A program made the translations under genes and the position numbers. The notes below the pieces were generated by a model. It was given only the letters and a program-made list of their open reading frames with translations. It did not search any database and had not been told where the DNA came from. From Pecten maximus (Eukaryota), in the NCBI RefSeq assembly GCF_902652985.1, contig NC_047017.1:32550001-32614000 (forward strand): a stretch of 64,000 nucleotides of DNA, read 5' to 3'. Below are positions 1-13,400 of the stretch, piece after piece. The stretch's first letter is position 1. The number at the start of each line of letters is the position of its first letter.

Positions 1-114
1 TTACAATTTGACCCTTTTCAATAAAATGTATTTAAAACAATATTTATATTTTCGTTATTGGTAATGTAACATAAATGAATTCAACTGAGATGTCCTGGTC
101 GATGAGCCCCTTAC

Positions 115-154
115 CACACACACAAAGACTGTTTACAAGAATGGAGGACAACAT
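115..154 (-). CDS. Possible first coding exon of a divergent gene running off the left edge of the window
   Basis: ATG at 154 gives MLSSILVNSLCVC followed by a strong donor TG|GTAAGG at 114. It lies next to the CpG-richer stretch at ~310-510. Too short to identify. Confidence 0.25.
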
Positions 155-1450
155 TTGAAACTGACAGTGCCGAAACATACATATAACACACTTTAGGTAT
201 CTAAAAAGGTGATGGTTAATATGAAACGTATTGGATTTTTTTCTTTTACAAACAGTTATTATGTGAGCATTGATTTATGTGGTTTTATTATATCATATTC
301 ATGTGAAATACACGATAAAAAAGTTGATCGTGTTTGAACTTGTCCGCCGTGTGGATACCATTTTCCTGTTTATCGATAAACGGCTCGCGTATTTGAATTT
401 ATTTATTTTTCATTATGTTATTATCTTTATGGTTAAAGTCATTCATTCTATAGGATGCGTGGCGAGAACTATCGCAAACACCATGCGCACTCTGATTGCA
501 ATTGTCAGCTGATTGTACATGTCATGCACAGGGACATGTCTAGTCTTATAGTTATATGATAACAAGTGGCCAGGAATACCTATATATATAAATTACAATT
601 AAATTACAAATTAGTGTATGTCTGGTGTAAGACAAGAGTAATCTACTATATAAAATAGTGGAATTCTCTTGACATCATTTGGTAGTGTATGCAAGTATTT
701 AGTAAAATTCCTTAGACAATTGGTCTTCAGAAAATTGAAATCCCATGGCCCAAGTCATTTTTCCATATACACATTTTGTAAACACATGACATATTGTTGA
801 AAAGTAGCATAACTGTAATGTGTCATGCAAATGCTTGCATCATCCAGTTCATACTCACTCAAATATTTGAAGTCAATGCAATAATGCACTGTTCTCTGTA
901 AAAAAAAAAAAAAAAAAAAAACATCTTGATTGTAAGTTATAAGTAATCTCATGTGATGGTTTGTCAGAAAATATAGGAATGTTGTTAACATGATGTATGT
1001 CAGGACTCAAACTTTTCATAGCCAATCAGGCCAACACCAAGATATTTTATATAGACCGATCAGGTTTTCTATAGCATCTATGAATATCTGGATCTATTAA
1101 GTATTTCATTATTACATATGATAATGTCAAGGTGTCAGTAGATACACTCTGTCCCAGCTACTAAGTTTTTGCATGGTCAATTTAGGGACTGTTCATGAAA
1201 CTGTACGAAAATATTGTATCTATTACAAAATGGTCAATAGATTAAACAAAGGATAATGATTAAAGGATATTAAGGGACTAGAAAAGTGAGTTTTGATATA
1301 ATTATAGTTTCTTAAGAACTAGACTAAGTGAAGGTCATATATTGGTAGCCTTTGTGCCAATATCCATCTGAGATCTCTTGTTGAAATATTATATTTGATA
1401 TTTTGTAGATTGTTGCAAGGTTTTGCAAAAGAAACCATTCTTGAGATAAG

Positions 1451-4400
1451 ATGGATTTGGAAGATGAAGCTGATTTCACTGATGATGAGATCAGATATGA
1501 ATTATCAAAACTAGGATACAACAATGTGCCTGACACCAGATTGAAAGAATTTAAGAAAGGTGAATATTGCCATTTCCTTTCCAATAGATAAAGAAACCAT
1601 TATCTTTCTGGTTTGTCCAACAAAGTGAAGTCTACAAAAGAGTTGATAATAAAAGATGGATAGTAAGTAATACACAAAATGTTTGGTATTGATGAATGAA
1701 AAATGGATAAAAATACATATACATGTATATATAGTTACTTGCATTGTCTAATACTGGCAATAACTTCATTTTACTGAGTCAATGAGGTAATAGTGACAGT
1801 ACAGACAAAGAAGTTTGTTTTCAATACAATCCACCATTTATCGAGGCACAATCACAAAGTCACATTATCTGTTATATGATATTTGTACCATGAGATGTAA
1901 CCACATCTTCTTTCCACAAAAAAAACCCCCATCAGATTGAATTCAGATCAACTTTTCACTGCCCACAAAATTTTACCAGAAAAGGCCTTCACTATCGCTA
2001 TTTCTGAAGCACACAAAAATTACATATTTATGGTTGAATATTGTAGATCTTAAAGTGTTAATTCAGCATGAGTACAGCAAAGAAAGTTCACAAAACAACA
2101 GTATCCTATCACATCATGCTCCGGACGAATCAGCTTCAACCAATGGTAAGTAACGCTGCTCTGGTAAAACTGAATAATCTCATTGTTTCCTTATTTAATA
2201 TACGTTAAGTAAAAGCAAATGTTTATTTAGAGTTGTAACAAAGGTTTCTGTAACAATGTAGATAATGTTTTAAAGTCAAAGGTTTAGATAAAAAGGATGT
2301 TTTGTTCCTAGTTTATTTATAGCTATTCTATTGAATCAGTGCTTTATGAGATAATTTTCACATTGTTTTTACCTATAGTGATAAGATACACTCTGCTTTG
2401 AACAGGTTTTCCACACGGCTATAATAGGAGTCCTTTAGAAGAGTCACAACAAAGACCTACAACACAAGATTCCTGGAGGGTGAGTAAAACCTTCACAACA
2501 TGTAGTATAATAGTAGTTCTAACTCCAGGTGTTTTAGAGTATAAAGTACCTACAGATGGATTGTTATATGTTACAACATAATGTGAAGTGTAAGGGCTAT
2601 TGCGTAGGCGTTATATTCCAAGTATATTGATAGAATTTTTTATGTTTTGTGGTCGAGATAGTTTTGTGGTCAAGATTTGAAGAGTTTTAAATAAGAAGTA
2701 TTAGATTTTGTTAGATGAAGAACACAAAAGCATCAAGTTTGAGAGATATTTAATATAATAATTCAGTTGATAACTGACATATTTCTACAATATGGATAAT
2801 TTTCAATTATTTCCAAACATAGATACCCAATCACCAAAGAGGTAAGGAGAACAGGTATGACCTTGGGACTGACCCAATCCTGAGGAAACCTCTTGGTCCA
2901 GCCCCAAAACATATAGGTGGGAACTTTTCCATGTATGACTCAACAACAGATACCTCACACCTCCAGCATAGGGATGATGTATCAGACACGGATACTGAGC
3001 GCAGAATGGTCAAACGTAAAGTGTTAAGGTAACGACTTCAAAACACTGTAATCATCTTATTGTCAGAGTGGAACATCAGGGTCAAGTTCATAGGTAAATG
3101 CACAAACAAACCTTGACATACAGGTGTAGTTAATTCTGAAGTTGTCTTTGGACCAATGCATCAACATCATCCCATAAGCTTGGCCTGATCTTTATTCATC
3201 GTTCGGTTGTACATGTTCAAAGTACTCTGAATATGCCAAGTATATCTGATGTTGTCACTGAAAATCAGTTGAGTAAGATGTTACTTTCCAAAATGTTACA
3301 TATTCAATTCTTGTCATATATATAAAGTTAGGAATTACACAATATAATGCATTTCAAAAGGATTTTGTTCACACACAATGAAAACCAGTAAAAAGTAAAT
3401 TCAATCTAACTGAAATTAGACTGTATTGCAGTTTATTGTCGTAGAGGAGCACAAGTCTAACTGTAATTGGATTGGAAGTTATTGCTTTTTACTTCACTTA
3501 AATTTGAAATTCCGACTTTGGATGGTAAAAGAAGATAATGATTGAGTACATTGCATTTTTACCTGTGTATACCAGGGATTTTATACTTAATTTTATTATG
3601 ATAAATGCCAAGGGAACACTGGGCATTTCCTTGTCATGAAGGAGTATTAAGTTGATGTGACAAATTCCTGCTTGGAGATACAGGTAGGACTTTGCTATAA
3701 GCAATAATTTGTTATACCTTTCAGTAATAATCATGAATTTCATTCCTTGCAGGAAAAAAGATGATGGTTCTAAAGTGATAGACGAGTCAATGAGTGATAT
3801 AGGTGAGTTAAAATCATCAATTCATTTGAGATGTTTTGGGGAAAACGCAATTATATTGTTTTTTGTGGAATTAAATTGTTATGAATTTTTTCAGGTAGTA
3901 TACTTGACCTGGATGAGAGACTGCGGGACCTTGGCATTGATGATGACCGAACATCTCGACGACCTCAATCCTCAAGAGAAGTGGTGAGTGTATGTTGCCC
4001 ATAAAACTTTGATAACCTCATGTACATGTACGTTTTAAGGTTTTGGTTCTATTGTGTACCCCCAATCTTGAATTTATGTATTATTTTTTTAAAGAGGCAG
4101 AAACAAAGATAAAACAGTACTTTTCTGTTGGTGTTATCAGTCCTGATGGTTTGGGAACTTGGTTCCAGTGATTTTATGTTGGTAAAAAAGTTACTTGTAG
4201 CATTTTGCAGTTGCTAATATTCAACATTTGTATGATCACATTTGCAGCCTCCGTACAGATTGTCTGCTGATGACCAGCGTCCAGCCTCAGGTACAGTGCC
4301 ATTATTTACCAACACAATCTCCAGTAAAGCTGTCCAGTAACATCTGTGATCATGGGCAGTTTGATTTAACTCCATCATACTTTTTAAACAGCTGCTGGGT

Positions 4401-5879
4401 ACAAACTACAGCTTGTGTCAGGGAAACATTACATCTCATATTGAATATGTCTGAGTAATTTCTTGCAAACCTGATATATTTCAATAAGAATATTGAGGAC
4501 AGGAACAATTAGCACCAGTGAATGTTGTATACTGTTTTATTGCCCTTACATTTTGTATCAGATGTCAATTGGTTTATATCTGATCATGTGTTATTCCCTC
4601 AAATATCAAATTGCTCTGCGGCATTGATAAAACATTGTGCAAGTGTTCTCTGACATCATGTAATTTCAGCCAATAAGATTTGTCAGGCACATTCCCTCAG
4701 GCTGCACAACAATGCAATATGATGTTATATCAAAGATGCAGTGTTAATGATGTTTCTGTGAATAACATGGAGTATGATGCAATTTAAATGGCATGGGGTC
4801 ATATACCTTGAGCATTCTGTGCTGTGGTGTTGATACCAATGCGTAATTAAGAGTTATGGCACTTTGAATGAAAATAACCAATATTGACTGATCATGAGGC
4901 CTCAACGATAGAAATATAAAAAAGTGCCATATTTCTTTACTACTATTATCTTGCATTGAAAAAAGACTTGCTGCATCTCTATATGAATGGTTAGGTGGCA
5001 TGCTTTAACCTCACCTTTCCCTGTAATGTCAATGTTTAATTTTCTTACAGTTTGAGGAATACATGTACTAGTAAATCAGGAGTTAGTCTCCTTTCCTGAA
5101 TTGAACTCATACAACTTTATATCATTTCCATTTTGACTAACTGGAAATTTATGATTTAAACTAACTGAATCTAGGTAAACTGAACATAGGTCTTCTCTCA
5201 TCTCATCATTAATGACATTTGACAAAGCATCTGAAATATATTATCTTTAAAGAAAAAGATTTGTTTTATTTTTTATCAGTTATCCTTAGGTCAGCTAAAC
5301 ATCCTCACACAAAGAATCTCCGTAAGTCGGATCCCGTGGCACGGTATCAGCAGTTCCAACAAAGCTGGTCTCACCAGAAGGCTCCTGGTGAGAAGGTACA
5401 TAAAAATCTGCGCTGGAACATCCGAGAACACATGCTTAACCAGGATCAGGTGTTAGAGAAGGTTAGTTACTGTAGAAACTACACCCTCAAAATTTAAAGT
5501 TACACAACATTGTGTCCGATACAGTACTAATCCATATTCTGTCATACAGGAGAGTTTTATCATGTCATACACATTTATTTCAATCTGTTAAGTAACTATG
5601 GTGTCAAATGTACTGCAGATAATTGAGCTTTGTATATGTAATGTTGCTAAAACCTCAAAATAGCAGATTGAATGTCAAAACTTATTGAAATTCTATAAAG
5701 AAAAACTTGTTGAAATATCATTGATTTATTGGACTATTTTTCAGAAATCCCAAAGAGTGTTTGTGCCTAACAAGTATGTGGTACCTACAGACAAAAAGAG
5801 ACGAGATTTGAGGTGGCAGATACGTATGGACATTGCTCAAGGGCAGATGCCACCTCATGGGTTCTATCATGAATATTGA
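1451..5879 (+). CDS. HYLS1: Hydrolethalus syndrome protein 1 homolog (centriolar/ciliogenesis protein), 9 coding exons, 328 aa
   Basis: Exons 1451-1559, 2047-2145, 2406-2479, 2823-3028, 3753-3802, 3895-3983, 4248-4290, 5280-5461, 5745-5879. All introns GT-AG, phases match, total 987 nt. N-terminus MDLEDEADFTDDEIRYELSKLGY; C-terminal HYLS1 box KSDPVARYQQFQQSW..APGEKVHKNLRWNIREHML and VFVPNKYVVPTDKKRRDLRWQIR. The low-complexity middle exons are less certain. Confidence 0.9.
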
Positions 5880-6121
5880 CAACTTATCAAGTTGTATTAA
5901 GCTCATTTTCATAGGTCATGTGTCATGATGCCAAACACACATAATAGCAGACTCGGACAAGTGATCACCCGTGTCATCACCTCTCATGGTTCTAACACCT
6001 GATTGGTAGATGTTAAAGTTGTGATATCTGAACCATTCAGTGTGTATTCCACGTCGCTTTTGGATGTTAGCCATCAATGTATTTGGTAGGATTGATAGAG
6101 TTCCATTGTAAGATGTGAGCC

Positions 6122-6442
6122 AATGATATATTCTATAGGATTGTTAGATCTGAACCATTCAACTCTATGCCAGATTTGGATGTGTGTAATGTATTCTATA
6201 GAAGTGCTAGGTCCGATGATTTACTATGTACTGTGTTGGAAGGGTGTAAGGTATTCTATAGAAGTGCGAGGTCCGAACTGTCCAATGTTGTACCCTGTAC
6301 AGTGCTGGATGTGTGTAGTGCATTCTATAGAAGTACTAGGTCCGATGCTGTACTCTGTACAGTGTTGGGTGTGTGTAATGAATTCTATAGAAGTGCGAGG
6401 TCCGAACTGTCCAATGTTGTACTCTGTACAGTGTTGGATGTT
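6122..6442. repeat. Degenerate 59/70-bp tandem repeat (~5 copies) in the presumed HYLS1 3' UTR
   Basis: Recurring tattctatagaagtgc.aggtccga...tgtacagtgttggatgtgtgta; explains the repetitive ORFs at 6123-6544. Confidence 0.8.
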
Positions 6443-7498
6443 AGCAGTTGATGCAGGATTCAATTCCAGCCTTGGATCACAGGGTTCAAGCCATTGATTA
6501 ACTGGTTTGTTCAGGGCTATTAGAATCTTTTTCTTACCAATCATGTCTTCTGCTGAAATGCATACACAAGATGTTTAACAAATTTTTCTAGTTAATAATG
6601 TTGGATTGTGTTGATTGCATAGATACATTTTGTTTAAATACTGTAGATATGTATATATCGTAAACCAATTCTGACCATTTAAACCAGCAGATTACTTTCT
6701 GTGTTTCAAATCCCTTATGTTGACAGATTATTAGTAACAATGTCATTATAGCCAATATCCAACAATTGATGTTAACTTTTCAACCCTAATTGACTGTATA
6801 TATGGACAAAACATGACGAACCTAAGGCTGTAGTAGGATAAATCTTTACTTTTTGGAAGAAAAAATTCATCCAGTATTACATTGCAGCTTTGTATTTGAC
6901 AAAGACTAGCTTTCTTCTTTTGAGATTAGAAACCATTGACCTTTGTATATGAAATGTGACCTTTGTATATGAAATGTAGAACAGAATGTTATTGTAGCTA
7001 GTTATATATAGACCATCCCATTAGATAAAGGTGAACTTATCACAGCCATGTCAGATACCTACCTGATCTAAATACCAGTGTGAGAGCATTCCTGGACCAG
7101 TTATAAAGAATAATGGTTATGTATAGTGTAGGCTTGTATTATGTGTAAATTAGGTAAATCATGTTACAGATCTATAATTATTATACAATGAAAACTTACA
7201 TGTCATTTTTCTGCTGTTTTTACTTGTGAATATTAAATGTAATTTATTTTTTAAAGTGAAATAAATAAATGTACTATGTATACATACAAGAATGTCTATG
7301 AAGAAAAATAAAAATATTGTAAATAAGCCAAATTTTCTGTGATTTAATTATTAAATCTTACATGTATCTCTTTGTAAGACCAATACATAGAGAACAACAC
7401 CAAGACTGGTTTAAATGTTTTAATATTTATCCATTCACAAAAGTCTTCTATCACACACCACATCGATGATTGATCACTAGTCTTGGTATAAAGATTGA

Positions 7499-10400
7499 TC
7501 ACCACTCTTGGTACCGAGTCGAGTAACTGTATTTCTTTGGGGGTGCAGTCTTGTGCATTTGATATAAAAGTTTCTTTTCAATTTTTTCAACTGCTGCCAA
7601 AGTCAAAACCAAAGTCTCATGTTTCAACATACTGAACACATTCAGGCCTGAAAAATAAAAATAAAACAATGTAGAAATGGAACAAACGGAGTGTATAAAT
7701 AAATGTTGCCAATGTTTCTCAATCTGAAACTATATATCACTTCAAAATGTTTTGTCATAACATGGATATTGAGAATATCTCCTGGAAACATTAACACCAG
7801 TTCTTTCAACAAACCCTAACCAGTCCTCATTTGACTGATGATCCTCTGTGAAAGCATGTCATCTTTTGCATTTAAGCCTATTTTAGTGACCTTGTGCATG
7901 GACCAGTGATATACAGTGGTACACTGTCTAAATGCCATAAATTGTGACCATTGAATGGGTGTGAACACATTACCAGATACTGGTAAAAGTCTACAATTCC
8001 ATATTGTGAAGAAACAATCTTAATATCCTCTCATCACAAATGAATAACATCCTACAAAGCATATTAGAATTACTGGAGTTACCAGTAGTAAGTATAAGTG
8101 TCATCAAAACTTGTGTAACTTGCACACCAGTGTATTTTACACACCCGTAAAATCACTCTGAAATGTCTGAAAAAATGTCCATACTAATATAATGCACACA
8201 CAATTGAATGAATTTGAAGATTTAGTGCCACAAGACTATAATATGCTGTAATAGATGTCTTACCATACACTGGCATTAAATTGAAGTTAGGTATCTTATC
8301 TACAGCAAGGGAAATGTTCTCAGGCATCATATCATTGCTGAAAAATTAAATGTTAATATTAAGTACCAGATATAAATAGCCTTCCTACATGATTTTTATA
8401 AAAGCTGACAGAATGTCATGATGAATTAGAACTGTAATATCAGGTGTCATTATAATAATGATTATGTTCAATGTTTTTGACATAAGTCCCCCTTTACTTA
8501 GCAGTTTATAGCATTTGAGAAGTTTTAATTTTTGGTCCAAATGATTTAAAATTTATAACAGCAGCATTGCAACCAATAAGATTAACTTTGAATATTGGCT
8601 GACAAAATCAGATTGGCTGATAGAAGCATGAAACTACCAATCCTGCTGATACATTTTTATCGGTAATGGGTTCAGATGACATCCAGACACTTTTAAAAGA
8701 AATTAATTGTTATGGTGACAGATACACAGAAATACTTACTCATCTACAAATAGACAGGAGAATCCCCAGAATCTTGTGTCCATTAAATCCTGAATGTACT
8801 ACAAATAAATATCAATACATTTTTAAAATCAATATTGTTGAGGGTAGGTATATTTAGGCAACATTGATTTATCAGACTTATGGGAAGGTATATTGGGACA
8901 ACATTGATTTATTGGACTTGTGGGAGAGTATATCAGGGCAACATTGATTTATCAGACTTATGGGAAGGTATATTGGGACAACATTGATTTATCGGACTTG
9001 TGGGAGGGTATATCAGGGCAACATTGATTTATCAGACTTGTGGGTAGGTACATCGGGGCAACATTGATTTATCAGACTTGTGGGCAGGCCTTTTGCGGTA
9101 ACATTGATTTATCAGACTTGTTGACAGGTATAATGAGGTAACATTGATTTATCAGACTTGTGGGTAGGTATATTGGGGTAACATTGATTTATCAGACTTG
9201 TTGGTAGGTATATCAGCGTAACTTTGACTTATCCGACTCGTGGGAGGGTATATCGCGGCAACATTGATTTATCGGACTTGTGGGAGGGTATATCAGGGCA
9301 ACATTGATTTATCAGACTTGTGGGTAGGTATATTGGGACAACATTGATTTATCGGACTTGTGGGAGGGTATATCATGGCAACATTGATTTATCAGACTTG
9401 TGGGTAGGTACATCGGGGCAACATTGATTTATCAGACTTGTGGGCAGGCCTTTTGGGGTAACATTGGTTTATCAGACTTGTTGACAGGTATAATGAGGTA
9501 ACATTGATTTATCAGACTTGTGGGTAGGTATATTGGGGTAGCATTGATTTATCAGACTTGTTGGTAGGTATATCAGCGTAACATTGACTTATCCGACTCG
9601 TGGGAGGGTATATCGCGGCAACATTGATTTATCAGACTTGTGGGTAGGTATATTGGGGTAACATTTATTTATCAGACTTGTTGGTAGGTATATCAGCGTA
9701 ACATTGATTTATCAGACTTGTTGACAGGTATAATGAGGTAACATTGATTTATCAGACTTGTGGGTAGGTATATTGGGGTAACATTGATTTATCAGACTTG
9801 TTGGTAGGTATATCAGCGTAACTTTGACTTATCCGACTCGTGGGAGGGTATATCGCGGCAACATTGATTTATCGGACTTGTGGGAGGGTATATCAGGGCA
9901 ACATTGATTTATCAGACTTGTGGGTAGGTATATTGGGACAACATTGATTTATCGGACTTGTGGGAGGGTATATCATGGCAACATTGATTTATCAGACTTG
10001 TGGGTAGGTACATCGGGGCAACATTGATTTATCAGACTTGTGGGCAGGCCTTTTGGGGTAACATTGGTTTATCAGACTTGTTGACAGGTATAATGAGGTA
10101 ACATTGATTTATCAGACTTGTGGGTAGGTATATTGGGGTAACATTGATTTATCAGACTTGTTGGTAGGTATATCAGCGTAACATTGACTTATCCGACTCG
10201 TGGGAGGGTATATCGTGGCAACATTGATTTATCAGACTTGTGGGTAGGTATATTGGGGTAACATTTATTTATCAGACTTGTTGGTAGGTATATCAGCGTA
10301 ACATTGATTTATCCGACTCGTGGGAGGGTATATCGCGGCAACATTGATTTATCAGACTTGTGGGTAGGTATATCGGAGTGACATTGATTTATCAGACTTG

Positions 10401-13400
10401 TGGGTAGGTATATCAGGGTAACATTGATTTATCAGACTTGTGGGTAGGTATATCAGGATAACATTGATTTATCAGACTTGTGGGTAGGTATATCAGGGTA
10501 ACATTGATTTATCAGATTTGTGGGTAGGTATATTGGGGTAACATTGATTTATCAGATTTGTGGGTAGGTATATCAGGGTAACATTGATTTATCAGATTTG
10601 TGGGTAGGTATATTGGGGTAACATTGATTTATCAGACTTGTGGGTAGGTATATCAGGATAACATTGATTTATCAGATTTGTGGGTAGGTATATCCGGGTA
10701 ACATTGATTTATCAGATTTGTGGGTAGGTATATCAGGGTAACATTGATTTATCAGATTTGTGGGTAGGTACATTGGGGCAACATTGATTTATCAGACTTG
10801 TGGGTAGGTACATCGGGGCAACATTGATTTATCAGACTTGTGGGTAGGTATATTGGGGTAACATTGATTTATCAGACTTGTGGGTAGGTATATCAGGATA
10901 ACATTGATTTATCAGACTTGTGGGGGTTTGTCAGTTTTTAAATGGAATATTCCAAACCTGCAAATGTTAATACAGGCCTTGGGAGTCTTTGTCAAGGCTC
11001 GTCTTAAAACAATATAAAATCATCAGGTCTGTCTTTATTTTATAAACGAACATCACCGGTCCAAATGGTCCACCCGCTTGGACCGCAAAAACAAAAACGG
11101 CCTAGGTAAATTGGGGTAACATTGATTTATCAGACTTACGGGTAGGTATATCAGGGTAACACTGATTATACATTGATAATTTGTAACACTTGTTGTAAAC
11201 TGGTTTCATTTTAAAAGACTAACTGATCAGAAAGCAATAAGGACTAACAATTACCTCTGGGCTATCATCAGGTATATCCAAGGAGTCAACAATATGAAGA
11301 TCATCCTGGGCATACTTGACAGAGAGGGCCACTCTAAGCCCCAAAGCTCGGTAGCTTGCTGGCAACATGTAGAAATGGCTTTTTGGACCCCTGGGACCAT
11401 TTATAACTCCTCCTGTAAACCACAGAGAAAGAGGGAGAAATGTCATTTTACCACACAAACTTGTGAAGATTGTTTTACAACTGCTTTACTATCAAATAAA
11501 AATGTGAAGTTATGATTCAAAAGAATATGACAAGAATACATTGCATATCTACATTTTTCTAATCATGTTACTTACTGGTAGTTATCAGCATGTCCTGTCC
11601 ATAAACAAGTTGTCTAAAACCTTCCTTCAAAATTGCTACATAGACTTCAATGATACTTTGTATAAATATTTACTCATCGTAAAGTTGTGCATCTCACATT
11701 ACCTACTTTGTTAAATTATATTTGGCTTATATTGCTTTCTTTGATTTGATCATTTTTGTCTATTTGTCGATTAAAGTTTTTTGCCCATCAATCTATCGTA
11801 CTGAAAGGTTTGTCTCGAGTTCTACATGGTTAAGGATTTTTGTAAGCATCATTATGTAAACTATAACCTTAAAGAGGGTAGAATAAGGCAATGAAGATGT
11901 ACCACAGTAAGTGTTTACCAAAATGATAGTTTTTGAAATCTTATGTGAAACATAATGTAATAATCATAAGCTTTCTGATAATTAAAAGTTGAATCAAATA
12001 TTAATCCATTCAGAAGTAATTACACAATGAATAATGTTTCTATATCAATGTTTTATCCAACATCCATGACAATTCTGATAGGCAACAATGCAATGTCAGT
12101 CAAGAAATCAGTAACATTCCATATAGGAATGGCAGAAAATGGAATACCTACCCCCTTTCCAGATTGGGGACCGATTACTTCCATGCCTGGCCCTTCCTAA
12201 GTGCTTCTGTACCCATGGCTTAAAGCTTCCACCTCTCACTTCCGCTCGTGTTTTAGTTTGAGCATAATCCTGCAGTTCAAAGTATTAATTTATCTCTAAT
12301 ACCATATCAATCCTGATTATACATTTCAGTTACCAATAAACACTAGCTTTACTCATCACATTATGGAAATGTCACTAGCCTACATCTGTCATTCTGATTA
12401 TGTACATAACAATAACATAACAAATTAACAATATCTAACCCAGAAATAATTTTCCTGTGTATACATGTAAAATGTTCTCACTCAAAGTGGCAAAAATTCG
12501 CACCAAGTTCCATCCACCCTTAAACACATAATCAGGCGCATATTGTGTCCGCCTTATACAAAAAGAATCAAACCATGCTCTCAAACAGAATCAGGACATG
12601 TTTACACACAGAATCAGGACATGTTTACACACATAGAATCAGGACATGTTTACACACAGAAACCGGACATGTTTACATACAGAATCAGGACATGTTTACA
12701 CACAGAATCAGGACATGTTTACACACAGAATCAGGGACATATTTACACACAGAATCAGGACATGTTTACACACAGAATCAGGACATTTACACACAGAATC
12801 AGGACATGTTTACACACAGAATCGGGACATGTTTACACACAGAATCGGGACATATTTACACACAGAATCAGGACATGTTTACACACAGAATCAGGACATG
12901 CATACACACAGAAACAGGACATGTTTACACACAGAATAAGGACATGTTTACACACAGAATCGGGACATATTTACACACAGAATCAGGACATGTTTACACA
13001 CAGAATCAGGACATGCATACACACAGAATAAGGACATGTTAACACACAGAATAAGGACATGTTTACACACAGAATCAGGACATGTTTACACAGGGAATCA
13101 GGACATGTTTACACACACATAATCAGGACATGTTTACACACACAGAATCAGGACATATTTACACACAGAATCAGGGTATGTTTACACACAGATTCAGGAC
13201 ATGTTTATACACAGAATCAGGAAATACTTACACACAGATTAAGGACATGTTTACACACAGAATCAGGACATGCATACACACAGAAACAGGACATGTTTAC
13301 ACACAGAATAAGGACATGTTTACACACAGAATAAGGACATGTTAACACACAGAATAAGGACATGTTTACACACAGAATCAGGACATGTTTACACACAGAA

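Noticed and set aside
7835-7865. ctgatga..gaaagcatgtc hammerhead-like string
   Set aside because: No stem II complementarity.
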